Shown piece by piece: positions 1 through 11,412 of a stretch of DNA of 64,000 nt. The stretch lies in the NCBI GenBank assembly GCA_977862235.1, contig OZ374557.1:992001-1056000 (forward strand), in the 5' to 3' direction. The number at the start of each line of letters is the position of its first letter. Position 1 is the stretch's first letter. Both the position numbers and the translations under genes were made by a program. Source of the DNA: Dudresnaya verticillata (taxonomy: Eukaryota). The notes beneath the pieces were generated by a model. It was not told the DNA's origin. It searched no databases and saw nothing but the letters and a program-made list of their open reading frames with translations.

Positions 1-45
1 GAACGGCATTCCGTACGGGCACCGGATAAACTGAAGTTTTCCCCA

Positions 46-1485
46 ATGGTTCCGACGTCTCTCATGTCGTCACAAACGATCACGCATCCGCCCGAAACCC
101 CTCCTATGTTGGACCCGTCGTCCTTGCGCAACGCACGGCCCACCCCAAATATTCGAGAGATGATACATGGTCTTGGACAGAGTTTGGCAGACCCCCAAAG
201 CCCCATAGCCGACTTACTTGCCACGCCAGACCCCATTGCGATGTATAACTTCCTGCAGATTGGCTCTCCAATCTTGCGGGACTTTTACCCCACTCGAAGT
301 CCATTGCCATTGGCCACTCTCAGCTATGAGCCCACTGAGTCCTTCGTGGAACGGGCGGAACGCATGTCTGGGGCACGATCGGAGATGAACGCTCTGTTCA
401 ATTACAACAACCTAGACCCCTACGGAGGGGACTTAGGTTGCAAGTCAGACATGAATCAGGATGGCGGTACGATAAGTGCAATGTCGTCTCCTGAACTGCG
501 AAAAATCACCACCGCTGATGAGAATGGATACACGGGCTTTGTCGCTGGAAAGGGAACCGTAAGTCGATGCGGAGCGCACTCTGTTACAGGAACCCGAGAA
601 ACTTCAAAGCTCGATGCTGACAGTAATAGGAAATGTATTTCACAGTCTTCGTCACGGACACGACCACCTGTTGACATGGACAGCTCGCCACCTACCTCAC
701 CGGAGGTAACGGACAAGGTGGCGACGCCAATTAGTGATGTCCCAAGCATAACAGATGAACATTCGAAGTCAACCAGAATTACTACAGGGCACAATTCAAA
801 ACAATCCCTTGGTAACGCGATTGGACGGCGCGAACGAACAGGGAAGAGGGCTGCTAAAGCTGTCGTAATCTCATCTGGCACATCAGCATCAGTTTCGCCA
901 GTCACAGCAAGCTACATGAGAGCACCTTCTCCTTTCACGGCAGCGCATACGATGGTCATGAATCCATTAATGGCCGCAGGCCTGATGCCGTTTGCTTGTG
1001 CATTAGCGCCAAGAATGGCCCAGCAATCGCTACAGACACGGAGCGTTAATTGCCAGGGTCGTCCCATGGCATTCGTACCGGGCTCACACGGAACGGAATT
1101 CGTTCCTATGGGTCTGCTCGCACAGACGTCCGCCACTTTGCAGTATAGTGCAGTGCAAGCAACAGAAAACAGGATGTGGAATCCTATAGGCCTTGCGGAT
1201 GGTATCCCAGCGCAGCCTGTGGCAGCGACGTTCGAGCCATTTGTGGGGAGTCGAAAGAAAATAAGAAAGCAGCTATTGGAGCGGAGTGGGTGTACTGCAG
1301 AGCAGGCACGGCAGAACCGCGCACAAGCGCTCAAAAGATTGAGACGAAAGAAAACCCTGAGAACACAGAAAAGCACAGTGAGGTATGCTTGCAGGAAACG
1401 AATAGCAATGGTGCGGCCGCGAGTTAACGGAAGGTTTGCGACAAAGGAAGAGGTGGAAGAATGCCAGCGGCAACGGCAACGCTAG
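46..1485 (+). CDS. CCT-domain (CONSTANS/CO-like/TOC1 motif) protein, intronless; N-terminus may extend beyond window
   Basis: 479-aa ORF ending in RAQALKRLRRKKTLRTQKSTVRYACRKRIAMVRPRVNGRFA, which matches the CCT consensus (..IRY.SRK..A..RPR.KGRF). The rest is Ser/Thr/Pro-rich. No B-box or pseudo-receiver domain is visible. The frame has no stop between base 1 and the ATG at 46. Confidence 0.85.
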   Translation: MVPTSLMSSQTITHPPETPPMLDPSSLRNARPTPNIREMIHGLGQSLADPQSPIADLLATPDPIAMYNFLQIGSPILRDFYPTRSPLPLATLSYEPTESFVERAERMSGARSEMNALFNYNNLDPYGGDLGCKSDMNQDGGTISAMSSPELRKITTADENGYTGFVAGKGTVSRCGAHSVTGTRETSKLDADSNRKCISQSSSRTRPPVDMDSSPPTSPEVTDKVATPISDVPSITDEHSKSTRITTGHNSKQSLGNAIGRRERTGKRAAKAVVISSGTSASVSPVTASYMRAPSPFTAAHTMVMNPLMAAGLMPFACALAPRMAQQSLQTRSVNCQGRPMAFVPGSHGTEFVPMGLLAQTSATLQYSAVQATENRMWNPIGLADGIPAQPVAATFEPFVGSRKKIRKQLLERSGCTAEQARQNRAQALKRLRRKKTLRTQKSTVRYACRKRIAMVRPRVNGRFATKEEVEECQRQRQR

Positions 1486-2309
1486 ATGGAGGGCTGCTTT
1501 CACTGCGGGCAATCAGCTCCTTTACATTGTCGCCCCTTTTTCGTAATAGTACTCAAGATGGACGCTCATTCTCATTTCCATCGGACTGCACACGGACTTC
1601 AGAATTTTCCTGCCGCAATCCTTTGTAAAAATCATGTACCCCGGAAGGAAAACATTCGTAATTTTCGCGACAACGGCCGCAGTGCCCAAGTACCGGCTAT
1701 GAAGGTATCAACACGAGTATACTAGCCTTTGTTTGGCTATATCTGTGTTGAACTCGAGTTGCAGCCCGTTCAGGCTGCAGAGTATGGCAGAAACATAGTG
1801 TTCCGACCTTAACCCATGATAAGAGGTAGGAATGCTGCGCTTCCACACTTTTGTCGAATATAGGGCGTTTCAGTATGGACTACCTCGAGAAGGCCTTTGA
1901 AGGCATCCATACTCTTGCAATACGAAAACAGAAATCCAGAGCTGAAGGGGTCCAGATGAGGCAAAACGGGCGCGTGTGGAGGCGAACGAGTGCTGAGGGC
2001 CAGTCGAAACAGGACCGTTTTCTTGTCGCGGCCCATGCAGTGCAGCATCGATGAGTGAGGTGCATGAGTACCAAATGTTGCTGCACACCGTGCAAAAGCT
2101 GCGTGATAACTACAAGATAGTGTCCGCGTTCATCGCAGGTCTCAGGTTTGTTCGGATTGATTTTGATCTGTCCTTGGGCAGTAGCCATCCGTTGAGTGTG
2201 AGGCACGACGAGATCGCAAGCTTGCGCGATGCTTTCTACAACAGAAACGAGCACAATTTTTACCTCGACGATCGGTACCCTCCGTCACAGCCGCGAAGGC
2301 TGAGTGATC

Positions 2310-2447
2310 AGATTCTACCAAGGGTTGGACTTGGAGGAGCCATCGAGGAGGAGTGTTGAGGACATGGTCGCTGGCGCCCCACGTCACGCGTCAGGCACTC
2401 CAGATGGCACCCCGGCACGCTGTCACCAAACCTTCCGGAGACGACAG
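2310..2447 (+). mobile_element. Ty1/Copia fragment: RNase H C-terminus, PPT and first 94 bp of 3' LTR
   Basis: ILPRVGLGGAIEEEC* then GAGGAGGAG|TGTTGAGG (LTR start 2354). Near-identical to 61290-61426, which ends a Copia pol. Confidence 0.75.
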
Positions 2448-3177
2448 TGTAGCGGTTGATTTGAGATCAATTGTGTTTTACTTGCTTTTGGTGTTGTTTT
2501 GTATTTGACTATTGGACTAATAAAAGAGGCTCTCCTGTTGGCTCTCTTTTGATGATGTGGTAGTTTCGGCGCCGGGGGTTAAGCCGGTTGTTGTCGCCTT
2601 GCCTCCGACTCTCTTCCTCGCTCATGCCAATTGCCCGTCGCCTTATATACTACTTTGCGTCTATACTAAAGGCTAAATCTTAAGCGCAACTAGCGCATAT
2701 TTGAAACTATCTAAAACCTTTCCTCACACCACTTTTTTACCCGTTTTTGTTTTTCCAGCATTGTTTATCACGTAGGATATGTATGCGTGTGACTAACCGA
2801 AACGAGTAAAATAAATAAACCATTCGACCAAAAAAACATAATCTCCACTGCAAAAAAATCGTGCCACCAAATAAAATCGTGTTCGTTACAACTCCTCCCC
2901 TTTTAAAAGAGTTATTCGTCCTCGAATAAATGGTTGTATTATGTTTAAACTAATAAATAAATGGTTGCAGTATGCCTATACGATTGCGGGATAATTGTTG
3001 AGATCTTCTTCGTTAATCCACGTATTCTTGATAGGACAGTGATCATTAAAATGCACAAGGAATTGTAGTGATCGAATGTGCATTCGGTGAGCAAGTATCT
3101 TATTCACTTGATTTCCCTGTGGAAAGAAAGCGCAAACGGGGTACTCGGTGTTGTGTGCGGATTTTTTATATCGTTAA
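2448..3177 (-). mobile_element. Element D: 3' end of a chromodomain Gypsy related to B (3' LTR 2448-2890, PPT 2892-2904, chromodomain ~2912-3110)
   Basis: The minus strand reads NKILAHRMHIRSLQFLVHFNDHCPIKNTWINEEDL..., then TTCGAGGACGAATAA, AAAAGGGGAGGAGT and TGTAAC...GCTACA. This parallels the 3' end of B at 18000-18186. Confidence 0.75.
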
Positions 3178-3600
3178 TTTGGTGTAGTGAAAAGTGTGGT
3201 GTAGTGAAAACCCACGAACTCCAAGACGGACATCTGGCTTGACTTTCCTTAACGGACGAGAGCAACACTATTACAAACAGTAACAAAACTGCACAGTGGC
3301 AAAATTACAAAGCGCCATAATAGCAGCTGACCTCAGCAATGTTTAATGAATTTTCAATCTACAAACGTGTTAGTCTTTATTGTAGTCTTTTCCTTAGTCT
3401 ATAGATTAAGTGCTAGTTTTAGTAAGTTCCATCGAGCTTTCTTTAACTACTAAAATTCTATAAAGGAGGTCTGCTCTCGACTCTCGTAGAGAAAGGGGGG
3501 CAAGCCGCAAAAGTCTGAAGCAAAAACTTCTGAGTCGGCGAGTCCAAGCAGTGTGTCAAAAGAACCGCGTGCTTCATCCACCACCCAAAAAAACCCAACA

Positions 3601-3689
3601 GTAAGTTTATTCATTACAGTGCTATCTGAGCCGCGACAAATTGGTAGCATCGCCTACTCGATCGCTAACGTTTATTTTTTTGTGTGCAG
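3601..3689 (+). other. Predicted spliceosomal intron spanning the LTR end and PBS of element B
   Basis: Donor GTAAGT at 3601 (conserved in the 3' LTR). Branch GCTAAC at 3664-3669, then a T-rich tract, and the first downstream AG is TGCAG ending at 3689. Confidence 0.75.
3642..3654 (+). other. Primer-binding site of B, probably initiator tRNA-Met
   Basis: TGGTAGCATCGCC 3 nt after the LTR. The TGGTAGC start matches iMet-type PBSs (e.g. yeast Ty1 TGGTAGCGCC). Confidence 0.65.
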
Positions 3690-4477
3690 TGAGCGCCAGC
3701 CCGCCCAGCATTGAGCCGAATAAGGCTAAGCAGCCTTTGAAAACAGCAGCACCGAATACGTCAAATACCGAGAAAACAATTGAAAAAGCAGAGAGTGAAA
3801 AACCAGGAAAAGAGAAGTTTGTGGTGAAGTGAGATTCGGCATCCGAAACGGTGGAAATGCATATAGTGTGGCCTGAACCGTTGTGGGATGTGTGCACGTG
3901 TACCCGTGTCGGTTTTGGGTTTGTTGTGTGCTGGCTTACATTGCTGTGCAGCAGTGGAGCGCATCAACCGCGGCGGAGTATTTGTAGTGTTTATTCTTTA
4001 TTTTTAGTGAGTATCTGTACAGTATGTAGAGTAGTACGCCAGCCAATGAGAATGCTGCGCATGTCCGTGTCGGGTATTGGGACCAGCAGGGCCGATTCCA
4101 CCATAGGACCAGACCACTAGGGTCTGGCCCCCGCGGACCGGACCGCTCGGTGCCACCCTGACTTGTATATCAGGGCGGCACCGCAGCGGCTCCTAAGGTA
4201 AACGGGTAAGCAACCTTAGCCCAATCCTTTACGGTTTTCCCCGCGCCGAGCCCGTTGCGGTCTACCACCACCACCGTTACGGAGTCCGTCCCGGGACTTG
4301 TACCACCCCCTTGTCTGTTGCTTCCCAATATTCGTCTCGGTTAGCCGCTCGCTGTTCTCCCGTCTCGGTGCGAACTGCTCTACCACCCCGTGGAGGTAGT
4401 GTTTCTCTCGTCCGTTAAGGAAAGTCAGGCCAGCTGTCCGTCTCGGAGTTCGTGGGTTTTCACTACACCGCATCTTT

Positions 4478-4495
4478 TGGTCTCCCGACCTAGAA
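4478..4495 (+). other. 18-nt primer-binding site TGGTCTCCCGACCTAGAA (A1)
   Basis: 5 nt after the LTR-terminal CA. The identical 18-mer follows LTRs at 20096, 38946 and 41748. Confidence 0.9.
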
Positions 4496-4620
4496 CACCG
4501 TCACGGTTGGAAGAAACAGCCGTCGAAATCCGCTACGGTAGGAATTCGGCTGTACCGACAACCCGTTACGGAATATTGGATAGACAAGCAAGAACAACCG
4601 TTGTGTTCCGTTAAGGTATC

Positions 4621-7100
4621 ATGCAGAACGAAGAACACGCAGACCCTCCCGTTACGGAACCTAAAGCGGGTGACACTACCCCCGCTGCGCGCAGTCTACG
4701 CAGTGAAGGAGGTGAAATCCGTTCCGGAGTGGAGAACCCAGAAGACATCCTAAAGGGTGCTGCTGGTAAAGCTCCCCGTTCCCGTGTCGGATCAGACGCC
4801 TCGAAGAAGGCAGCTCCGCAACCCAAGCCGGAATCCCATCGGGTCCACTGGGTCTTGTCGGAGGTCCTTCCTAGGGTGTTAGAGCATCTCCGATTGGAAG
4901 TACAACCTGGAATGGTAAAAGAGGTGGAGATATCCCTCTCGGAAACTGTTCCGTCTTTGGTTAATTCCTATCTGGAGCAGCACCTTCCTCGGATAGTGCA
5001 AGCTTTGATCCTACAGGAAAAGGTGGCCGCCGAGCTCGAGAGCCAGATTGCTCCCGGCATGGCAAGGCCTCCCGCTACGGAAGCTTTCACTGAGCAACCA
5101 CCGTTACGGAATGAATTCCCGGTCGAGGGAAGAACGCAGCAGCCGCAAAAAAACCCGTTATGGGATTTCCGCCGGGCATAGTACCCTCTGGGCCACTGCC
5201 ACCGGCTCCCGTAACGGATTCTCAACATCAACAAGCCCCTACGGGACCAACACACACTCAGCCACCGTTACGGCATTCTCCTGGACACGTAGATGTGCCT
5301 ACGCCAGGGCGCTATCAGCAAGAGCGCTATACCGTTCCGGTTCGATCAGGTGGAGGCAGCGGCCATCTCAGCGATGCGTCCAGCTCACCCCATCCGAGTC
5401 GGAGGACCGGTCGAGGTCGGCATAGACGAGGTGCCGGACACTCCCGCTCTGACCCTCCCCGTCGGTCGCACATGGGCGACCACACCCAGCGACGACGCCA
5501 CCAATCTGGTATGGAATCCAATGAGAGCAGCTCAGAGGATAGCCAACACCGCCGCCGCAAGAGGAGAAACAGAAGATCGCGGAAACGCGAAAAAAGGCAT
5601 GACTCCTCTACCTCTACGGATTCAGACTCAGAGAGTTCTTCCGTAACGGATAGAGAGAATAGGCACCGGGCCAGAAAACACGGTGCCAAATCCGGAAATG
5701 TTAAGGTAATCCGGCCGCTACATGACAAGTTTGTCAAGGCGCTGGACTACCGCACCTACCGATTGGATAAGAGGAGTAAGACCTACGGCTCTAAGTTCTC
5801 ACAGAACATGAGCCGTATACGGAAGAAACTCGACGTCCAGATGTCGTCCCATACATTCGATGGGACGGACCCTATTACCATCTTGGGATTTCTCGCTAAG
5901 TTCCGTGACGGTTGTAACATCAACGGCATCGCCGAAGGGGTTGCCGTCTGGTGCTTCCAGTTTTTCCTTAAAGGACAGGCCGAAGCCCTTCTACAGGCTA
6001 GGCTTGCTGGAGGTACCATGGCGGTTGATGTGGAGCAGTCCGAGATGCTCCGCACATATTCCGAGGTGGTGAACTTTTTATTGAGAACCTACGCTACGGA
6101 TGAAGTGATTGCTGAAGCCTATACGGATGTCAGTAACTTCAGGAAAACATCCGCCGTGACGGAAGAGCAGTACTCGAACCAGCTCTGGGCCAAGGCACTC
6201 CGTTGCGGTACAGTATTTTCCGATCGGGCATTGAAGTCACTGTTCGTTGGAGGACTCCTACCGGGCACTCGTCAACAGATGAGAAATTATCTAGCAACGC
6301 ATTCCCAGTTGGATTATCAGGCCATCACTCGCTATGCGACTGGCCTGGGTCAGTCCCATCGGGCAGCTCGACGCCAAACCATTCCGGCTCACGTCTTTGA
6401 TGGGCGCACTAAAGCACGCCCGTCTAAGGTGTTATCGCTGGACTCCGTCTCGGATGTACACTATGATCCGCAAGCAGATCCTTCCGTTACGGATGCTCAA
6501 GTCTAAGCTGTCGAGGGAGGCCACGGTGCCGCTACGGGAACGAGCACGGGGGTTACCTTTTCTACCCCGTACTCCTCGCCCCCGCAAAGCGTCCACCCTA
6601 CTCCGCCCAGGATGCCACGCGCGCAAGGTCCCCTCTATGGTGGATCTCGCCCGGCTCCTGGCCCCCAACAGCAGCCGAGTCACCGTTACGGAAATAATGC
6701 CCACGACGGGAGAGGACAGTAGCAACCAGCACCTCCGCTACGGGATGAGTCGGATCCTCGGGTCCGACGCCTTTACGGAAGTGGTAACTGTCGCATCTGC
6801 CTTTCGCCAGAGCACGTTGTTTGCCCATGGATACATGACTCCGATCGGGTTAGGCTTATGGAAGAGCGCGAGCGCAACTTCCAGAAGCATTACCCTGTCG
6901 GCCGCAGGTTCGTAGTAGGCACCAGTTCGAATCCACAAGGGAATCGGGGCAGGCCGCATACGCCCCCTCCGCAACGGAATGCCCCGATACTATCGGTGGA
7001 GGACCATGACGGAATGGAACTCGCAGAATTGCGCGAGTCCATGGAGGCGGATCCGACTGGTGCAACCTTGAATTCGGAAAACTCAAGGGGGGATGCGTAA
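4621..7100 (+). pseudogene. gag: A1 gag (frameshift ~5150, in-frame stops at 6504 and 6720)
   Basis: Arg/Ser-rich region, capsid-like FDGTDPITILGFL..GVAVWCFQFFL, and knuckle-like CRICLSPEHVVC. Confidence 0.85.
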
Positions 7101-10100
7101 GGGCGCCGCCATCCCCGCCTCACGGCGTTCCACCTCTCGCGAGTGTGGACCCGCCAGGGGATCGGCGAGATACCGTTACGGAACTCCCATTGGCTTATCA
7201 GACCAATGATACTATCTGCTTTATGCAACATCAAAATTACAAGATGCAAATTACCGTGGGACGGACAGATAGCGTGATGCTTCCTTTAATCTCCGTCTTG
7301 GACTCTGGCGCTGGGCCCAATCTCATTAGTGCCAGGCGCCTTCCGCGCCAATGGCTCCCATTCATACGCCCAGCAACCAGTCCTGCATTACGGGATGCGT
7401 CTAATCGTGCTATACGCCCTCTTGGTCAGATCCAACTTTTCGTCCGTATCGGAGAGATCCGTGCTCGCGTTGATTTTCTAGTGGTCGCGAACTTGGCGGC
7501 TCCCTGTATTTTGGGAACTACCTTCATCGACCGCTACGTGAAGGCAATCCTCCCTCCGTTACGGAAAGTTGTCTTTCATCATTACCCACCGGTATCCCTT
7601 GTTGGTCAAGCCAAAATTCCAATGACGGGAACCACTGCAACCCTACAGCCCTCACCTCTTTCTACCGCTACGGTTTCTCAGAAAATTCGTTTAGCAAAAT
7701 CTACCCTTATTCCCCCTATGACTCAAACCACCGTAACGGTTAATACCCCCACGGGTGGGTTATTCTTTCTACAAAATCATCCTAAGCCGGCTTTTAAGCA
7801 CCTTACGTTAATGGCTAATGGTATTATGGATGTTGTACCTAAAAAATCGTTTCGGATCTGGGTCTCTAATGTTTCTGATAAGCCGGTACGGTTGCCCAAA
7901 TCTACTGTCGTGGGCCTCGCTACTTCTGACCCTTCTGCTATTTTTACCGTCAACGGTATACCTCCATTTAAGGAGGGGGGAGGAATTATTCAATCATTTA
8001 ATTCTAACCCTACCTCCGAAAAGGCCAGCAGCATCTCCCCTCACGACGAGGAAGTAAGCAAACCCGTAACGGAAAATACAAATACTACCGACTGGAAGGA
8101 TCAGGTCCAGATCGGCACAGAAGAAGCATCGCTCCGTAATTGGATTTTAACCCTACTCGAGGAATATAAGTCGATTTGGAGTGGCGATCTTGGCAACATG
8201 ACAGCTGCCAAGCACCGCATCGAGTTAACTCCCGGAGCTAAGCCAGTATACCAAGCCCCATACCGTGCCGGACATAAGCAGCGAGATCTCGAAAAGACAG
8301 AGATCGATCGCATGCTTTCCGCTAAGGTAATTGAACCAGCCTCATCGGAGTGGGCCAGCCCCGTGGTTTTCGTTCTAAAAAAGGACGGCACCATGCGGTT
8401 CTGTGTGGACTATAGAAGTCTCAATTCCATAACGGTTAGGGACTCATATCCCTTGCCCAGGATGGATGAGTGCATGGATTCCCTTGGGGAAGCTACTGTA
8501 TTTACCACCCTGGATTGCAATAGCGGATATTGTCAAGTCGAGATTCCGGAAGAGGAAAGGGACAAAACTACCTTCACTAGCCATTTTGGCTTATACCATT
8601 GTCGGAGAATGCCATTTGGATTGAAAAATGCACCGGCAACCTTCCAACGGGCACTGGATATAATCCTTTCTACGGTTAAATGGCAATTTGCCCTCGTCTA
8701 CCTAGACGATGTAATTGTCTACTCAAAAACAGTTACGGAACATTTCCACCACCTGAAGGAAGTCCTTACGCTTTTACGATCCGCTGGGGTAACGTTGAAA
8801 TTGTCAAAGTGTGACTTCTTCAACGCGTCTGTACAATACCTGGGGCATGTTATCCGTCCCGGAAAATTAGAAGTGGATAATCGGAATATCCAATCCGTTA
8901 AGGTCGCGAAGCCGCCGACTAACCAAACGGAATTGCGATCCTTCTTGGGAATGTGCAACGTGTATCGTCGCTTTGTACCCAACTTCGCTCGGATTTCAGC
9001 ACCGCTAAATAAGAAAACCGGCAAGGGCTTATCCTTTGAGTTTGGAATATTATCCGATACGGAATATGAAGCCTTCGAGGAATTGAAGAGATGCCTTATC
9101 TCTCCACCTATATTGGCTCTACCCCGTCACGGATATAAATATACGTTGGACACTGACGCATGTGACCATCAAGTCGGCTGTGTCCTTCTGCAGGAACAAC
9201 CGAATGGCGCTCACCTCCCTATTGGATACTGGAGCCGAAGCCTCACCGATGCGGAGAAAAATTATACGACAACCGAAAAGGAATGCTTAGCCGTGGTCTG
9301 GAGCATGTTAACACTCCGACCCTACCTTTTCGGTGACAAGTTTATTCTCCGAACGGATCACGATGCCCTGCGATGGATCCTGAACCTCGCAGACTCATCT
9401 GCCCGCCTAGCCAGGTGAAGGCTCCGCCTATCGGAATTTGAATTCGAGGTGCAATACCGTCCTGGAATTAAGCATCAACTCGCCGATGGGATGTCGCGAC
9501 TCCGAACGGATGGCAGTGACGATAGACCTTTGGATGAAGAAATACCTTGCTTTGTCGCCGAAAACACCGTCGACGGATTATATGAGCATGGAGTTTATTT
9601 AACCGATTGGGCTACATCACAAGAAACCGCTACGGAAAATAACGTAATATGCGCCGTGGCGCCCGCCAGTGGGAGTGCATCCGCCTCCCCTGACAAGCCC
9701 GACGCAATAACGTCACGGTTTACTGTAATCCAAGAATCCGACGTTAAGGATGAGACAATTACCAGAGAGGAGTTCCTTGAAGTGCAAGCCCGAGACCCTT
9801 TCTGTCGTCTCAAAGCCGATACGGTAGGCTCTCCTGGATCACAGTTTGACTATGACCGTAACGGATTCTTGGTGCGCAAGTCCCAATTGGATGGTGCTCT
9901 GCAGAAGGTGGTACCAAGCGAACTCTGTGGACGGGTATTGTATTTATCCCACTACACCCTGATGTCGGGTCACCCAGGCGGAATTAAGATGTATTATACA
10001 CTCCGACAGGATTATTATTGGCCTCATATGGCCAACGATGTATTTGAATCCGTTCGGACATGTCGCTCCTGCGTGAAGACAAAGGGAACCCGCTTTCGGA

Positions 10101-11412
10101 ATCAAAGGTTTATGAAACTATTCCCCGCTAGCGGACCTTTGGAGTTTGTCGCTATCGACATTCTCGGGCCACTTCCGAAGACAAAACGGGGTTATGTCTA
10201 CGTTCTAGTAATAACCGATCGGTTCTCTAAGCTGACGCGCTGTATTCCGTTACGGACAACAACAGCCGTTGTGGTGGCTAGCGCCTTCCTGGACTTTTGG
10301 GTGTATGCGTATGGCGCACCCCAATTTGTCCTAACCGATAACGGACCGCAGTTTACTGCCAAGTTCTTTGACGCAGTGTGTTCCTTACTCGGAGTCAGGC
10401 ATCTACTTACCGCTGCCTACCATCCGCAGACAAGTGGGCAAGCTGAGCGATTTTATAAGACAATCGCCCAACGTTTGCGCCATTACGTTGAGGATCATCA
10501 CTCCGATTGGGATTTGTACCTGCAACTGTTGACATATGCGTACAAGATGCAGGTACACCGTATTACGGAAACAACGCCATTTGATTTGGTGCTGACACGC
10601 CACCCATCGGGTATTGTTGTACGAGGGGCTCCTGTCGAGCATCAAGAAACCGTTACGGAAGGGCGTATGACCCTGGTGCTACAGAAGCGGAGCACTATGC
10701 GCCGTTTACGGTATGCGCTCCAGACAGCGCACACTAAGCAGACGGTGGCTCAGCAAAAAGCCAAGGCACTGTTTGACCGTAAGGTGTGCTTTAGGGCCAT
10801 AATCCGTAACGGAGATCAAGTCTATGTCGACAGGCCGCGCCATAACTTGCGGCCTGCCGAACGTCGTGAACGGGACCGATTGGAAGGTAACCGGATGATG
10901 TGGGCGAGGTGGCTCAGGAAATGAAGAAACTCCTTCCGAGAGCCACGGGGCCTTATGAAGTGGAATCCGCAACGGAACATGTCGTTACAATCCGCAAGGA
11001 AGGGGTATTGATCCCCGTAAGTATCGATCGCATCACGAAGGTTCCGATCGGAGTTGCGGTTCAGCCGGCATCCTTAACAGTGCCGCCTGTCACGCCATCA
11101 ACCGTCTACGGAGAAGTAGTGCCACATCCAGAAGGTACTACAGTAGTACCTCCTTCTGAAGGTACTACTTCCTCCGCGACGGAACCACTGCAAGCCGATA
11201 CGGAATATGTGATCGACAAGATTGTCGGTCACCGCGACGAACCTACTGGGATGACGTACAAAGTCCGCTGGTATGGTTACCCTCCGGATCACGATACCTA
11301 CGAACCCGCCGAGGAATTGCCGCAGAACTTCATCTACCGCTATTGGAAGCAAAAACGCAAGAGCTCCGCTAAGGGAAAGCCACTGCGACGCCCAGCCAAG
11401 GCACGCCGCTAA
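7076..11412 (+). pseudogene. pol: A1 pol: protease, RT, RNase H, integrase, chromodomain
   Basis: LDSGA; RFCVDYR, MPFGL, YLDD; TDACD, EKECLAV; H..HPG..CRSC, IDILGP, TDNG, QAER; EYVIDKIVGHR..YKVRWYGY. Stop at 9416 and frameshift near 10890. Confidence 0.95.

Noticed and set aside
3851..4120. Recurrent small ORF MEMHIVWPEPLWDVC.. (also 12420, 18837, 36845) as a gene family
   Set aside because: It recurs only because it lies in the A LTR; non-ATG start in the called frame and no recognisable domain.
6334..6915. 193-aa ORF overlapping A gag, present in both copies
   Set aside because: Alternative frame; the knuckle and gag end lie in the main frame, and A1/A2 are too similar for shared openness to be informative.
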